A DNA stretch of 64,000 bases. It comes from Ginglymostoma cirratum (taxonomy: Eukaryota). Below, piece after piece: positions 12,731 through 25,354 of the stretch (within the stretch, counting starts at the first letter, position 1; each line of letters opens with the position of its first letter). A program made the translations under genes and the position numbers. Under the pieces are notes generated by a model. It saw only the letters and a list, made by a program, of their open reading frames with translations, did no database searches and had not been told where the DNA came from. Location of the stretch: NCBI GenBank assembly GCA_024137785.1, contig JAHRHZ010000283.1, positions 45,572,680-45,636,679 on the forward strand, in the 5' to 3' direction.

Positions 12731-13375
12731 CAAGTGTGAGACCACAATCTGGTGAGCACCTCACCAGGATAGCACTGCAGCTGGATGAGGAGAAAGTGCC
12801 CCTGATTGCTGGCACTCAGAGGACTGCCCGAGACCAGGTCCCTGCTCAGCCCTAGGCGGGCAAGGATCCCATAGTGTTGGCAATTCATTACTTCATTGAC
12901 ACAGGAGCAATAGGTGTGTTTGTTGGGGGGCATCGGGCAGCCTGACACAAAGGCTGCAGCAACACAGTTGCTCCCTCAGACATACTAGTGCCCTGGCATC
13001 TGCAATGGCCAAGTTGGCAGACGCCATGGAGAGCCAGGTCCAGCAGTGTCAGTACCTGCAGGATATATGCACAGGCCTGCATTCCATCCATCTAGCCACT
13101 GGGGCTCAGCACCAGCAACAAGGTAACAAAATAACAAGTGATCTCCAATTAGTCTTTCCTCACAAGGAGACACAGCAGTGTCAGCAGGCAGCCAGCAAGA
13201 GGAGGAACCTCATTCAGGCCTCTCTGAAGTCTCCTCTCAGGTCACTCCATAGACAGTTCAGGTTTTCACCTCCACCTTGCCTGCCACCCTCAGCCTGTGG
13301 AAGGTCATGCTGCTGAAGATATACCTGCCTCTGGGCAGGCATGTATGGACATTCTTTCTGACTGAAGTACATCAC

Positions 13376-13489
13376 TTTCCTGCTCGTATGTATACCCAGT
13401 TTAGTTTCCCCCTGTAAATAGACAACTTTACCAAAGCAGCTTCAGCTATAACATCATATTTAGAAATTACACCGAACAGTGGTGAGCTC
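13376..13489 (-). pseudogene. ASPG: Decayed paralogous copy of the ASPG exon at 60824-60937
   Basis: Same length (114 nt), retains tttag| and |gt; reads ELTTV/+1/GVISKYDVIAEAALVKL/-1/YLQGETKLGIHTSRK against ALTDVGLIPGGDMTPEAALAKLSYVLGKAELSIQEKRK; TAA at codon 10 in the spliced frame. Confidence 0.85.
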
Positions 13490-14179
13490 CTAAAATCAAA
13501 AAACAGAACCTGAAAAACAGGTTGAAATAAGGGGATTGTATAGCATCTGATAAAATAAGTTTGAAAGAGAATAAAACCACGAATTAATTCCAAATTTGAT
13601 GGTCATCAGGCCAGATAGGTAGTGATTCACAGTATGGATTTTATACCGTTGATACTAACTGTAAATTTGACATAAGGTCTTTGGAATTACTGAACTTAGG
13701 ATAATTTTAGAAGCAGTGCTTTACTTCATCCTGTCCAGTAGTCAGCTGGACTCAGACAGATTCAATCCTTTATATCTTTCTTCAAACCACAGACAAAGTA
13801 GGATGAAGGAGGAGTATTCTGCTCAATCTGGCCAGAATTTAAAGAGCTCTGCTGACAGAGCAGCTGAAAAACTACTTAACTGGCAATAGTTTTGCTATTT
13901 TTATTAAATGGCAGATTATTAAAATCAAAACCATGCTATGATTAGAATTATGATCGACAATTTTGGTTAAAACATATTAGGGCTGATATTATTCAGCATG
14001 CTTAAGTGGTATGGATTTGGCTGGGCAATGGAGTCAAATTACTTATTTTCATGCTATTGGCCGCACCATCTTGAATTTGGGCTTTAAAATAATTGGAGTG
14101 CCAGCCCATTTCAAATAGCAGGTGCTTCTAATAAACAAACAGGGGCTCAAAAAGCCTTAATGATAATTTTACCGTTCAG

Positions 14180-14530
14180 GTATGTCTTGAAGCATAGTCA
14201 CTGTTGCGTTGTACAACATATAGCAGCAAATACACAAATTGCAACCTCCTACAAACAGCAACATGGTCATGATCAGATGATCTGTTAATGTAATGTTACC
14301 TGAGAGAGAAATATTGACCAGAACACTGAATACCTCTGTACTTCTTCTAAATAATGCTGGGGATTTCTGCATGTTCATCTGAGAGGCTGCAGGACAACAC
14401 CACATTCAAGAGGCAGTGTCTACCCAGTACAACCCTCTGAAGGTACAGTATTGGACTTGCAGTGCTGATTCTTGTGAAGTCCTGCAGCTGTACTTGAACC
14501 CACAACCTTATGATTCATAGAATGCTAACC
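14180..14530 (-). mobile_element. DeuSINE-like (SacSINE1/AmnSINE1 group) remnant
   Basis: Resembles the Deu-domain word cttcttc.aaata.tgc..gggat.t....gt.ca.ctgagagg; decayed B box (cttgaacccacaacc on +). Confidence 0.55.
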
Positions 14531-15049
14531 AGGGAACCATGGAAAACCAGTAGTGGATGCTGCAGTCCTATTTTCACACATACATGACAGGGGAGCTATT
14601 GTAAGTTCTGACTTAATATTGGCCTAGTCAGAATTTTTGTTTTTATGTCAATGATAAAGAAAACAGTTTTATGTTGTGACATTTACTAAACATTGTTTAT
14701 CACAGACGTCCTGTTCTGTGGCCTGTACATCCCACATGCACACATTACACTCTTCAGGATCAGTGCACCTCTTCCCTCTACACTGGCTCTCAATCCTGAG
14801 GTCCCTCTTCTGCTGATCCCATTGTCACCCTCCAATCTCATCTTTAATGTCTCCTGTGTCTGTTGTCCTCAGCAGGAAGTCCTTTAGCAACTACCTGCAA
14901 CTTACCAACTTCTATCACTAGATAGAGACCAATCAGACAGGTCCGAAACCAGGCAGGGAGAAGTGGAATCATTTTTACATTGATAGCATCATGTTCCAGA
15001 ACTAACTGTATCTGTAAACAGCTATTCCAATAAAGTACAACATTAATAT

Positions 15050-15975
15050 CTACTTAGCAATGTGAAAATTGTCTCGATATGTCCTGTCCACAAAAAGAGA
15101 TACAATCAAATCTGACCAAGTATCACCCATTGGTTTATTCCTGAGTCAACACCAAGGTATCAGAAGGTGTGGAAAATGAGGCTTCCAAGCAGGACTGATA
15201 AATGATCAACCCACTGCTGCCTGGTTTGTATTCTACTGGGGCAACTCACATCAAGAGCTCATTGCAGCCTTGTATTAAACATGGACGAAAGAGATAAAAC
15301 AAGGGAGTTCCTGAGGTGTGATGAAAATGACTGCCTTTGATATCTATGGGGCAGCTGGACAGATTTGTCCTCAAAGAGCCCGAGGAAAGTTGAAATCAAT
15401 GGGAAAAAGGGGATTTGATTGTTGCTACATCTAACACAAAAGAAGATTATTTGTAATTATTCAATCTCAGCTTGAGGATATCATTGCAGAAGTTCTCCAG
15501 GGCAGTGTCCTACACTCAGCTTCTTCATTAATCTTTCTTCCATCATAAGGGCAGAAATAAGGCTGTTCACTGATCATTGTACAACGTTTCATTCTGCTTG
15601 CAATTCATAAATCAACGAACAATTTGTCTCGAGACATAGGCTGTTATGTAATCAGTTACATTTGCACCACACAATTGCCAGGCAATGACCATATCCAACA
15701 AGGGAGTCTAAACATTTCCATCTGATATTCAACAGCATTAGCATCACTGAATGTTCAGCACCATCATACTTAGGACCACCGCTGGTAAGAAACCTGGCTA
15801 CGAGATTAGGCCCTCAGCAAGCACTCTGTGGCAAATGACTCACCTTCTAATTTCCAAATTTTTCCACCATTTACAAAGCATCAATTAAAGGGGTAATGTA
15901 TTAATCCCCATGCCAGGATGAGTGTCATTACAACACAATGCAAATTGTTTTACATCATCCTGGGAAAAGCATCCA
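15050..15975 (+). mobile_element. Old non-LTR retrotransposon RT remnant (CR1/L2 group)
   Basis: cagaagttctccagggcagtgtccta (GVPQGSVL-like) and ctgttcactgatcat (FADD-like) in order. Confidence 0.6.
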
Positions 15976-17404
15976 CTTAATTGGCATCAGATACTCCACA
16001 GACACTGAGTTAGATAGAATACTGACAGGGAAATATCTATGGATGTTATTTATGTGAACTTCCTGAAGGCATAAGAGAAGGTTTCCCATTAATGATAGGC
16101 AATTTGTATCCAAATTTCAAGCTCATGAAACTGAAGGCAAATTATTGACCCAATTAGGAAATTGTTCAGTTGAAAAAGAAGTGTTATTGATGCAAGACTT
16201 TAGGCAGTTATTCTTCAAACTGCCTCTTCAATTTAAGGTTGAACAGAATGTGCTGAAAGAGGGAATGGTGAAAGCATACTGAACTCTCTTGGCAACAAAC
16301 ACATGTACTTTGGTTTTCATGGGTCCCAATGTTGACACCCATGTGAAAAGAGGGATAGATGCTGGATAACTGTCTGCCAGACTCATAAGGACAGAATAAC
16401 CTAAAGAGCGAGAAAGTGAGCTACTGCTGTGCTCAACATCGAGAAACTGGTGACTACTAAACAAAATTCTGCTGTGAGTCAGGTTTTCTGTTAGGGTAGG
16501 ACTTGCAGAAACTTAAAAGGTCATAGAATTGTTAGAGTGGTCTTTGCTGCTGGAACAAAGTTGGAACTCAGGTCACTGAGTTGAGAGCATTATCAAAGGA
16601 TATTGGAAGACTCACCCTGGTGCAACAGGACCGAGAAAGGCTGTTGAATAGCTGGGAGAAATCCACATCTCTCTATAATGCTACATATTTACTGAAAGGG
16701 TGGTGTGGTGTGTAAGCATAGTGTGAAGCTTTGGCTGTGTTAATAGGGAAGACAGCTCTTCTGTAGTTCAGTGTATTTGTTGCCTGCTACATAATGTTTA
16801 GTTGATGTACATCTGAGATTACTTGAAACAGTAAAAATCTTGAAACATGAACTCTTATCGATCGATTCCTTACATCTGTCACTGAGAAATTCATATCCCT
16901 TTTTAAAAAGTTATTGCTATCTATGGGGATCATAGCAACAGAGTAGAAATCATTGGCAAGATATCACTGGTTCTGTTGCACAAGGATTTTTGTCCACGCT
17001 TCAGTTATTTATTATACTCATTGATGATTTAGATAGTAGGATCGTAAGCTGCATGTCCAAATTTTCCCATGACTCAAAACTGAAAGTGTTAAATTATAAA
17101 GTGCTCCGTAGATTAAAAGAATGGGCAAAACTGTGGAAAATAAATTTCTAGGTAGACATATGTAAAGTCACTACTTTTGAACATATTAAGGATGGAACAG
17201 AATTATTTCCTAAATGGTAACAGTAGAAACAATCAAGGTCCAAACAGACTTGGGACGTATGGGGATTTCTAGACATACAGCTCAATGAGAGATTAAGAAC
17301 AAATGCCGGAAATAATCGAAAAGGATGATTGATGGCCAACTTTATACAAAGAAAACACAAGCAAGTAACAGTCACGCTTCAACCACACAAATCCCTAATT
17401 AGAT

Positions 17405-17866
17405 CACAAACAAAAACGGAAGTTGCTGGAAAAGCTCAGCAGATCCGGCAGCATCTGGGAGGAAAACAAATCAGAGTTAACATTGCGGGTTCAGTGACCC
17501 TTCCTCAGAACTGGTCTGTGTAATAGCAATATAAATGCAGTGAGAGCAACTGTCTGTGGAACATTGAACGTCACAGAGATATCTGTGATCCTGGGAGGAT
17601 TCAAAACATGAGGGATAAAACTTCAATTGGAATCCAAACGGGGTGAGTCTGAGCCAGAGGTAGTCACTGAGGAATGTGATATAGCTGTGGAAACGTGTTT
17701 TAGCAAGTACCTGGTCAAACACCAGGAGTGACAGTTCTGAGGAAGGGTCACCAGACCCGAAATGTTAACTCTGATTTTTTTCCTCACAGATTCTGCCAGA
17801 CCTGCTGAGCCTTTCCAGCAAGATTTGTTTTTGCTCCTGATTTACAGCATCTACGTTCTTTTGGTT
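17405..17866 (-). mobile_element. Non-autonomous Penelope-derived fold-back element with two hammerhead cores
   Basis: Inverted arms ~17409-17512 and ~17733-17833; internal PLE N-terminus-like fragment (FDQVLAKTRFHSYITFLS); TSD CCTAATTAGAT at 17394-17404 and 17867-17877. Confidence 0.85.
17737..17767 (+). ncRNA. Hammerhead ribozyme core (PLE type)
   Basis: agtt-CTGAGGA-a-GGGTC-acca-GACCC-GAAA-tgtt-aact; the inverted copy at 17478-17508 has GCAA instead of GAAA. Confidence 0.75.
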
Positions 17867-18199
17867 CCTAATTAGATTATGCCCATTACACTGCCAACAG
17901 TTCTGGACACCACACCTTAAAAATAACATACCAGAATTGAGGGGAGTGCACCACAGAATGACTAGAATAGTACCTGACCTCCAAATGTTGCGATGGAATG
18001 AGGAATTATAAACAAACTAGCTTAATATTTAACTTGAAGTATTAACACTGTTTCTCTTTCCATGTGTGCTACCAGACCCACTGAGTATTTCAAGCACTTT
18101 CTGTTTTAATTTATTATTATTGTGTTTCCTGGAATTTGTTGAAGGCTGATTTAAATGAAGTTTCAAGATATTACAGCAAACAGAAATGGTATATTAAGA

Positions 18200-19115
18200 G
18201 TGCGAGCAGCTAGGGGCTAAATTAAAAAGCTGAACTCCAGAGGTAATCATCTCTGGATTGCCATAGTATATTGGCACAGGATAAGTAAGATCAGAGAAGT
18301 GAATGCATCCTCAAAGATTGAAAGAAGAGAATTTCTGTCTATGTGAGTTTGGCACCAGTAAAACGAAACGTCACAGAAAAGTGTGAGCTGTATTCAGGTG
18401 TAGGGTCAGCCTACACCCAATTCATGCTGGTGCTGGTGGTCTGAGGATCATATAACTATCGGGCAATTGAGAAGGCTTTAAACTAAAAAGGAGAGAAAAG
18501 CAATCAGGTGAGTGGTGACATGGTAAATTAGAGGGAAACAACAAAATAATTGTAGGGCAGCAATTTGGTAATGATTACCAGAATGTGACAGGAAAGAATA
18601 GAACATACAAACACTAGCATGCACCAGCAGTCAAGGCGAGAGACTGCAAAAGTGTTTTAAATAACAGAGTTTAGGACCCAGTATCTGAATGCTTGCGGCG
18701 TTTGTAACAACAATGCTGAATTGTTTGCGTAGATGGAGATAACCACGTATCACCTGGTGGGCATTACAGAGCTATGGCTGAAAGGTGACAAAGGCTGGGA
18801 CCTGACTGTCGAAGGGAATTTGACAAATCAGAGCCAGGGTAGTGGGATAGCCTTGTTAATTCAGGATGGGGATAGTGCAATCAAGAAAAACTACCTTAAG
18901 TTGAATGATCAAGGTGCGGAATTAGTTTGGGTAGAGATAAGAAATAAAGAAACTAACAGGTTGCTTGTGGGAATAGTTTATAGGACCCCTATTCAGTAGT
19001 TATACTGTAGGACAGAATATAAAGGAAAAATAAATGAGGCATGTGAGAAATGTACTGCAATACTCATTGTTGACTCTAATCTACATGTCGATTAGAAATT
19101 TAAATTGGCAAAGGC
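18200..19115 (+). mobile_element. CR1 5' region remnant (ORF1 end / AP endonuclease)
   Basis: YLNA.., YHLVGITELWL, WVEIRNK, LVGIVYR APE motifs. Confidence 0.75.
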
Positions 19116-20721
19116 AGCCCCAACCCCAATGCCGCAAATAAAACCTCTGCTGATATCATTATGGCCAAGTCAGACCCAGTCTGAAATCTGGCTTGATAGA
19201 TCATATTTTGTATTTCTTTTCGTTTTAATAAGGTGGTCTGTCTCACTGAAACACCCATACATAATACTGCTGATTTAGTTTTAATAATTAAATAGAAATG
19301 CACTATGCAAAAGAAAGGAAGATAAAATGGAACAAACCAAACTATTTTCATTTAACACAAGTTTAAGGATTTAAAAACTCCTGGTAAAATACATTTCCAT
19401 TAATGCAAAAAGTGTGCTTTACATTAATCACACCAGAAAGAATTCCCTTCTCTTTCACATCTGTTGGGCTTGACCTAATTGCGACTTCAATTCTTAGGCT
19501 TGAGAGTCTGATAATCTCTTCCTCGAGTTTTCCTATAACTGAACATAAACTTTCTCATCATCAAGGGTTTTAACCAAAAGGTTCTGATCTGCAACTTGAA
19601 ACTAAACTGCTTACACTGAGGTAATCTATTTCTTAACAGTTCCAAACCATGACTTTTCATCAGGAGCAACTGTTTTACACAGCTAGACTTAGTCAAGACT
19701 TCTGCAAAACTGCCAAACTGAAACCCAAAGCTTTTCTCCAAGCTATGTATGTTTCCCCCATTAAAAGGAAAATTAATCAATCTCTGTCCTTCTAAACTGA
19801 AAGCTTAATGTACAACTGTTGACTTTGTTAACTCAAAATAAATCTTTCCCAATGTGAACAAATTGCCATCAGGCTTGAAGAATTCTCTGTCTAAGGCTGT
19901 GATTTAAAATAAATCACCATGGCCACAGAAATAATTACAGGTTAACAGTTAAACTCCTTCAGACACACAGATAAAACTTACAAGCCGCTAGGTCAAATCC
20001 AAACTCTGAAATAAATGATGTTAAAATATATATTCATTAGGCACTTTTCATCACAGTGTGATGTCTTAGTGAGTGGGAGTTGCTGACTCTTGATCTATTG
20101 ATGGGTAAACCATGCCAGTTTTGTGCCTGCATCACCTGTGACTACCCAACTGTGTTCAAATACAGAAAAAAAATCCCTTTGATAGCTGATGTAGGATTCT
20201 TTTATATAGTTATCTTGCTTTCCCATGTTCTTGCACTGGAAAATTTCTTCTTAAAATTAACATCAAAACTATAATTTAGTGTAGCAATATTCTTTCAACT
20301 ATCTCCATTTATTTCTACTGATTCCTGCAAATTCAATCTTGAAGTGAAATGTGACCAGCTGGTTGGCATGTTGCTGATCTGGATCAATATTAGTGTTTGG
20401 AAAATCACTCCTGTAAGTTCCCAGATTTCTATCAAGTAACATTAGCTTTTTGAATCTAGGAAGTTCGCGATATCTCAAAATTGCACAGAAGGCGGCCATT
20501 TGGCCCATTGAGTCTCTGAAGGAGTAATTCACGTAGTGCTATCCTTGCACCTTCTCCTAAAAACCCTGCACATTGGTCTTTTTTCAATAATGACCCCATA
20601 AGCTCTTGAATGTTTCCAATCCAACTGCCTCCTCATATCCTCAGGCAGTATATTCCATTTCTTAAGCAGTACCATTGTTCATTGAAAAGTCCAAGTACAA
20701 GGTTGGTGATGAAATCGAAAT

Positions 20722-21025
20722 AGGGTGGCATAGTGGTTAGCACTGCTGCCTCACAGCACCAGGGACCCAGGTTCAATTCCACCCTCAGGCGATGGTCTGT
20801 TTGCACATTCTCCCCGTGTCTTTGTGGATTTCCTCTGGGTGCTCCAGTTTCCTCCCACAGTCCAAAGATGTGCAGTGTAGGTGGATTGGCCATGCTAAAT
20901 TTCCCATAGCATTCAGGGATGTGTAGATTAGGTGGTTTAAGGGGGGGAATTGGTCTGGGTGGGATGTCTGAGGGTCAGTGGGGACTTGTTGGGCTGTAGG
21001 GCCTGTTCCCGCACTGTAGGGATGG
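20722..21025 (+). mobile_element. HE1-like SINE
   Basis: GGTTAGCACTGCTGCCTCACAG, GGTTCAATTCC, CCCACAGTCCAAAGATGTGCAG. Confidence 0.88.
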
Positions 21026-21616
21026 ATTGATCGAAAAAGAAATAGAAAACTGATACAGTATAGATTTTAAAAAAGTCAAATTTTAGAGAGATTTTTGATG
21101 GCCGGAATGGATCAAAAGGAAATATGATGAATTAAAGGCGTCCTACTGACAATCAAGGAAATAGAACAGATATTTGTATGACTATTTTGAAATTGCTGTA
21201 TAGAGAAATGGAGAGTTAAGGGAAATCAACAAGAAAGATAAGGGGGCAGAGATCTAGTGTGGGATAAAATGTGGACTGTGATATTGAAGTTTGATCTCAT
21301 GTCAAGACTGTTGGAAATGGATGTTGGAAAGGTCAAATCTAAATGTGACAAAAGGATAATCAGGTTTCAGCAGGAAGTAAGATTTAAAAAAAACTTTTGA
21401 GAGTTCTGAAGTGGCTTCTACAATGCAAGAAGTTTCTCAAATTGATTCTAGTTGTTGGGCTTTTGATGGTTTAGGAAAGCTGAGTTGGTAAATATGCTGC
21501 CTATGGTTGAACTGAAACACATTTCTGAAATTATTTATTTCACATCACATTAAAAGAATACCTTGTATTGGTTTGAGGCCTGGAAGGAACCATAGCAGTC
21601 TACAGTCTACAGTCTA

Positions 21617-24481
21617 GATAATGAAGTCAGTGTGACTAAGGGGAAGAGTAGGCAGAGAGCAGATGATGAACGCAGAGGGACAGGCGGTCCGAGGTGCATT
21701 TGTTTTAATGCGAGAAGTGTAGTAGGTAAGGCAGTTGAACTTAGGGCTTGGATTAGTACCTGGGAGTATGATGTTATTGCTATTACTGAGACTTGGTTGA
21801 GGGAAGGGCAAGATTGGCAATTAAACATCCCAGGATATAGATGCTTCAGGCGGGATAGAGAGGGAGGTAAAAGGGGTGGAGGAGTTGCATTACTGGTCAA
21901 AGAGGATATCACAGCTGTGCTGAAGGAGGGCACTATGGAGAACTCGAGCAGTGAGGCAATTTGGGCAGAGCTCAGAAATAGAAAGGGTGCAGTAACAATG
22001 TTGGGGTTGTACTACAGGCCTCCCAACAGTGAGCGTGAGATAGAGGCACAAATATGTAGACAGATTATGGAAAGATGTAGGAGCAACAGGCTGGTGGTGA
22101 TGGGAGATTTGAATTTTCCCAACATTGACGAGGATTCACTTAGTGTTAGGCATTTAGATAGAGCAGAATTTGTAAGGAGCATCCAGGAGGGTTTTCTAGA
22201 GCAGTATGTAAATAGTCCAACTCGGGAAGGGGCCATACTGGACCTGGTGTTGGGGAATGAGCCCAGCCAGGTGGTTGAAGTTTCAGTATGGATTACTTTG
22301 GGAATAGGGATCACAATTCCGTAACCTTTAGAATACTGATGGACAAAGACGAGGAGTGGTCCTAAAGGAAGAGTGCTGAATTGGGGAAAGGCCAACAATT
22401 GCAAAATTCGACAGGAGCTGGGGAATGTGGATTGGGAGCAGCTGTTTGAGGGTAAATCCACATTTGATATGTGGGAGGCTTTTAAAGAGAGGTTGATTAG
22501 AGTGCAGGACAGACATGTCCCTGTGAAAATGAGGGATAGAAAGGGCAAGATTAGGGAACCATGGATGACAGGTGAAATTGTGAGACTAGCAAAGAGGAAG
22601 AAGGAAGCATACACAAGGTCTAGGCAACTGAAAACAGACGAAACTTTGGAAGAATATCAGGAAAGTAGGACCAATCTGAAATGAGGAATTAAGAGGGCTA
22701 AAAGGGTCATGAAATATCTTTAGCAAACAGGGTTAAGGAAAATCCCAAAGCCTTTTATTCATACATAAGATGCAAGAGGGTAACTAGAGAAAGGGTTGGC
22801 CCACTCAAGGACAAAGGAGGGAAGTTATGCGAGGAGTCAGAGAAAATGAGTGAGATTCTTAATGAGTACTTTGTGTCGGTATTCACTGAGGACAGGGACA
22901 TGACGGATATTGAGGTTAGGGATAGATGTTTGATTACTCCAGGTCAAGTCAACATAAGGAGAGGGGGGAAGTGTTGGGTATTCTAAAAGGCATTAGGGTG
23001 GACAAGTCCCCAGGTGTCCCGGAGGACTGGAGAATTGCTAATGTTGTCACCTTGTTTAAGAAGGGTAGCAAGGATAATCCAGGTAATTATAGACGGGTGA
23101 GCCTGATGTCAGTGGTGGGGAATCTGCTGGAGAAGATACTGAGGGATAAGATCTATTTACATTTGGAAGAAAATGGGCTTATTAGTGAGAGACAGCATGG
23201 TTTTGTACAGGGAAGGTCATGTCTTACCAACTTGATAGAATTCTTTGAGGAATTGACAAAGTTGATAGATGAGGGAAGGGCTGTAGGTGTCATATACATG
23301 GACTTCAGTAAGCCGTTTGATAAGGGTCCCCATGGTAGGCTGATGGAGAAAGTGAAGTCACATGGGGTCCAGATTGTACTAGCTAGATGCATAGAGAACT
23401 GACTGGGCAACAGGAGACAGAGAGTTGTAGTGGAAGGGAGTTTCTCAAAATGGAGAACTGTGACCAGTGGTGCTCCACAGGGATCCGTGTTGGGACCACT
23501 GTTGTTTGTGATATACATAAATGATCTGGAGGAAGGTATAGATGGTCTGATTAGCAAGTTTGCAGATGACACTAAGATTGGTGGAGTAGCAGATAGTGAA
23601 GGGACTGTCGGAGAATGCAGCAGAATATAGATAGATTGGAGAGTTGGGCGGAGAAACGGCAGATGGAGTTCAATCCAGGCAAATGAGAGGTGATGCATTT
23701 TGGAAGATCCAAGTCAAGAGCGAACTATACGGTAAATGGAAAAGCCCTGGGGAAAATTGATGCACAGAGATCTGGGTATTCAGGTCCATTGTACCCTGAA
23801 GGTGGCAATGCAGGTCAATAGAGTGGTCAAGAAGGCGTACGGCATGCTTTCATTCATCAGACGGGGTACTGAGTACAAGAGTTGGCAGGTCATGTTACAG
23901 TTGTATAGGATTTTGGTTCGACCACATTTGGAACACTGCGTACAGTTCTGGTCATCACATTACCAAAAGGATGTGGATGCTTTGGAGAGGGTGCAGAGGA
24001 GGTTCACCAGGATGTTGCCTGGTATGGACGGGGCTAGCTACAAAGAGAGGTTGAGTAGATTAGGATTATTTACATTAGAAAGACAGAGGTTAAGGGGGGA
24101 CCTGATTGAGGTCTACAAAATCATGAGAGGTACAGACAGGGTGGATAGCAAGAAGCTTTTTCCCAGACTGGGGGACTCGATTACTAGGGGTCACGATTTC
24201 GAAGTGAGAGGGGAAAAGTTTAAGGGAGATATGCGTGGAAAGTTCTTTACGCAGAGGGTGGTGGGTGCCTGGAACGCGTTGCCAGCGGAGGTGGTAGAGG
24301 CAGGCACGATAGTGTCATTTAAGATGAATCTAGACGGATACATGAATGGGGCAGGGAGCAGAGGGATACAGATCCTTGGAAAATAGGCGACAGGTTTAGA
24401 TAGTGGATCCGGATCAGCGCAGGCTTGGAGGGCCGAAGGACCTGTTCCTGTGCTGTAATTTTCTTTGATCTTTGTTCTTTG
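21617..24481 (+). mobile_element. CR1 LINE, 5'-truncated, near-complete ORF2 (APE+RT) with stops and frameshifts
   Basis: APE (NARS, AITETWL, YRPP, GDLN, LDLVL), RT ([24 protein letters not shown]), C-terminal FFTQRVV, (TTCTTTG)n tail. Confidence 0.95.
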
Positions 24482-25354
24482 TACAGCACTTCGGAAGCTA
24501 TTTGGTTCATTCTGTCTGTACTATTTACTGTTTGAAAGTTTAAAGCTAATAATAGTTCATTGCCAAATGCAAAGTATCTTTGGAACTTTAATCTATTATG
24601 TATTGATGTAACCTCATATCTCGACCAGACCATATGGGTGACTGAGTATTTAGTTTGTTGTTAATTATAACAAATGATAACTTGTACCAACAAATTCACA
24701 ATGTATATTTTATTTTCTATCTTCAAGTATTGAAAGCAGACTCCCATTAAACAATTTTTAATGGCTTTGCTTCAAGTGTTGCTTCATTTATCTCGCAGTG
24801 AAGTAGAATATTGTGGCTGACAACACAATCATTCACCAGACTGCACTATCTCATCACTCTCAAACCCCCACATAATATTTGTATCCTACATTATAATATT
24901 GTGGTGACACACTTTATTCACAAGATAGTAATGGTTTAAGATGCTATAGGACTTTTTCACCCTCCTTTGGATGAAATCTGAAACTGAGTCCTATTCAAAT
25001 GGATGTAAGATTTTACGGTTCACTTTAACTGGAAGAGCCAGGTCAGTTGTACTTAATTACAGGTATATTTAATCAATGCATTCAGAGGTATTACTACAAA
25101 TCTCTGCAGCAAGTACGATAGGCCCCTGGGTGAAACATAGAGACACTACCACTGTGCCACAAGAAGCCTAACGTACAATTACAGACTGATTTGAGAGCCA
25201 ATTTCAAAGGTATATTAGTCTTGTTGAGTTACAATACCCATTCTAGGTACAAGTATGTTTTGACAAGTTTCATGGAACTCATTAAAGGTCATCAGAACAA
25301 GTACAAAAGAATTGCTACTCAATAAGAGAAGAGGATTCAGTCAATTCACAATAG

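Larger units (their letters stand above)
16950..18200 (+). mobile_element. Decayed CR1 RT remnant hosting a PLE-derived insertion
   Basis: tccaaattttcccatgactcaaaactg (SKFADDTKL-like); KSLIR..QFW interrupted at 17405-17866. Confidence 0.65.

Noticed and set aside
19151-20055. Possible solo LTR (TG...CA)
   Set aside because: No partner LTR, TSD or primer-binding site could be confirmed
22012-23698. 200-aa and 181-aa minus-strand ORFs
   Set aside because: Antisense shadows of CR1 ORF2
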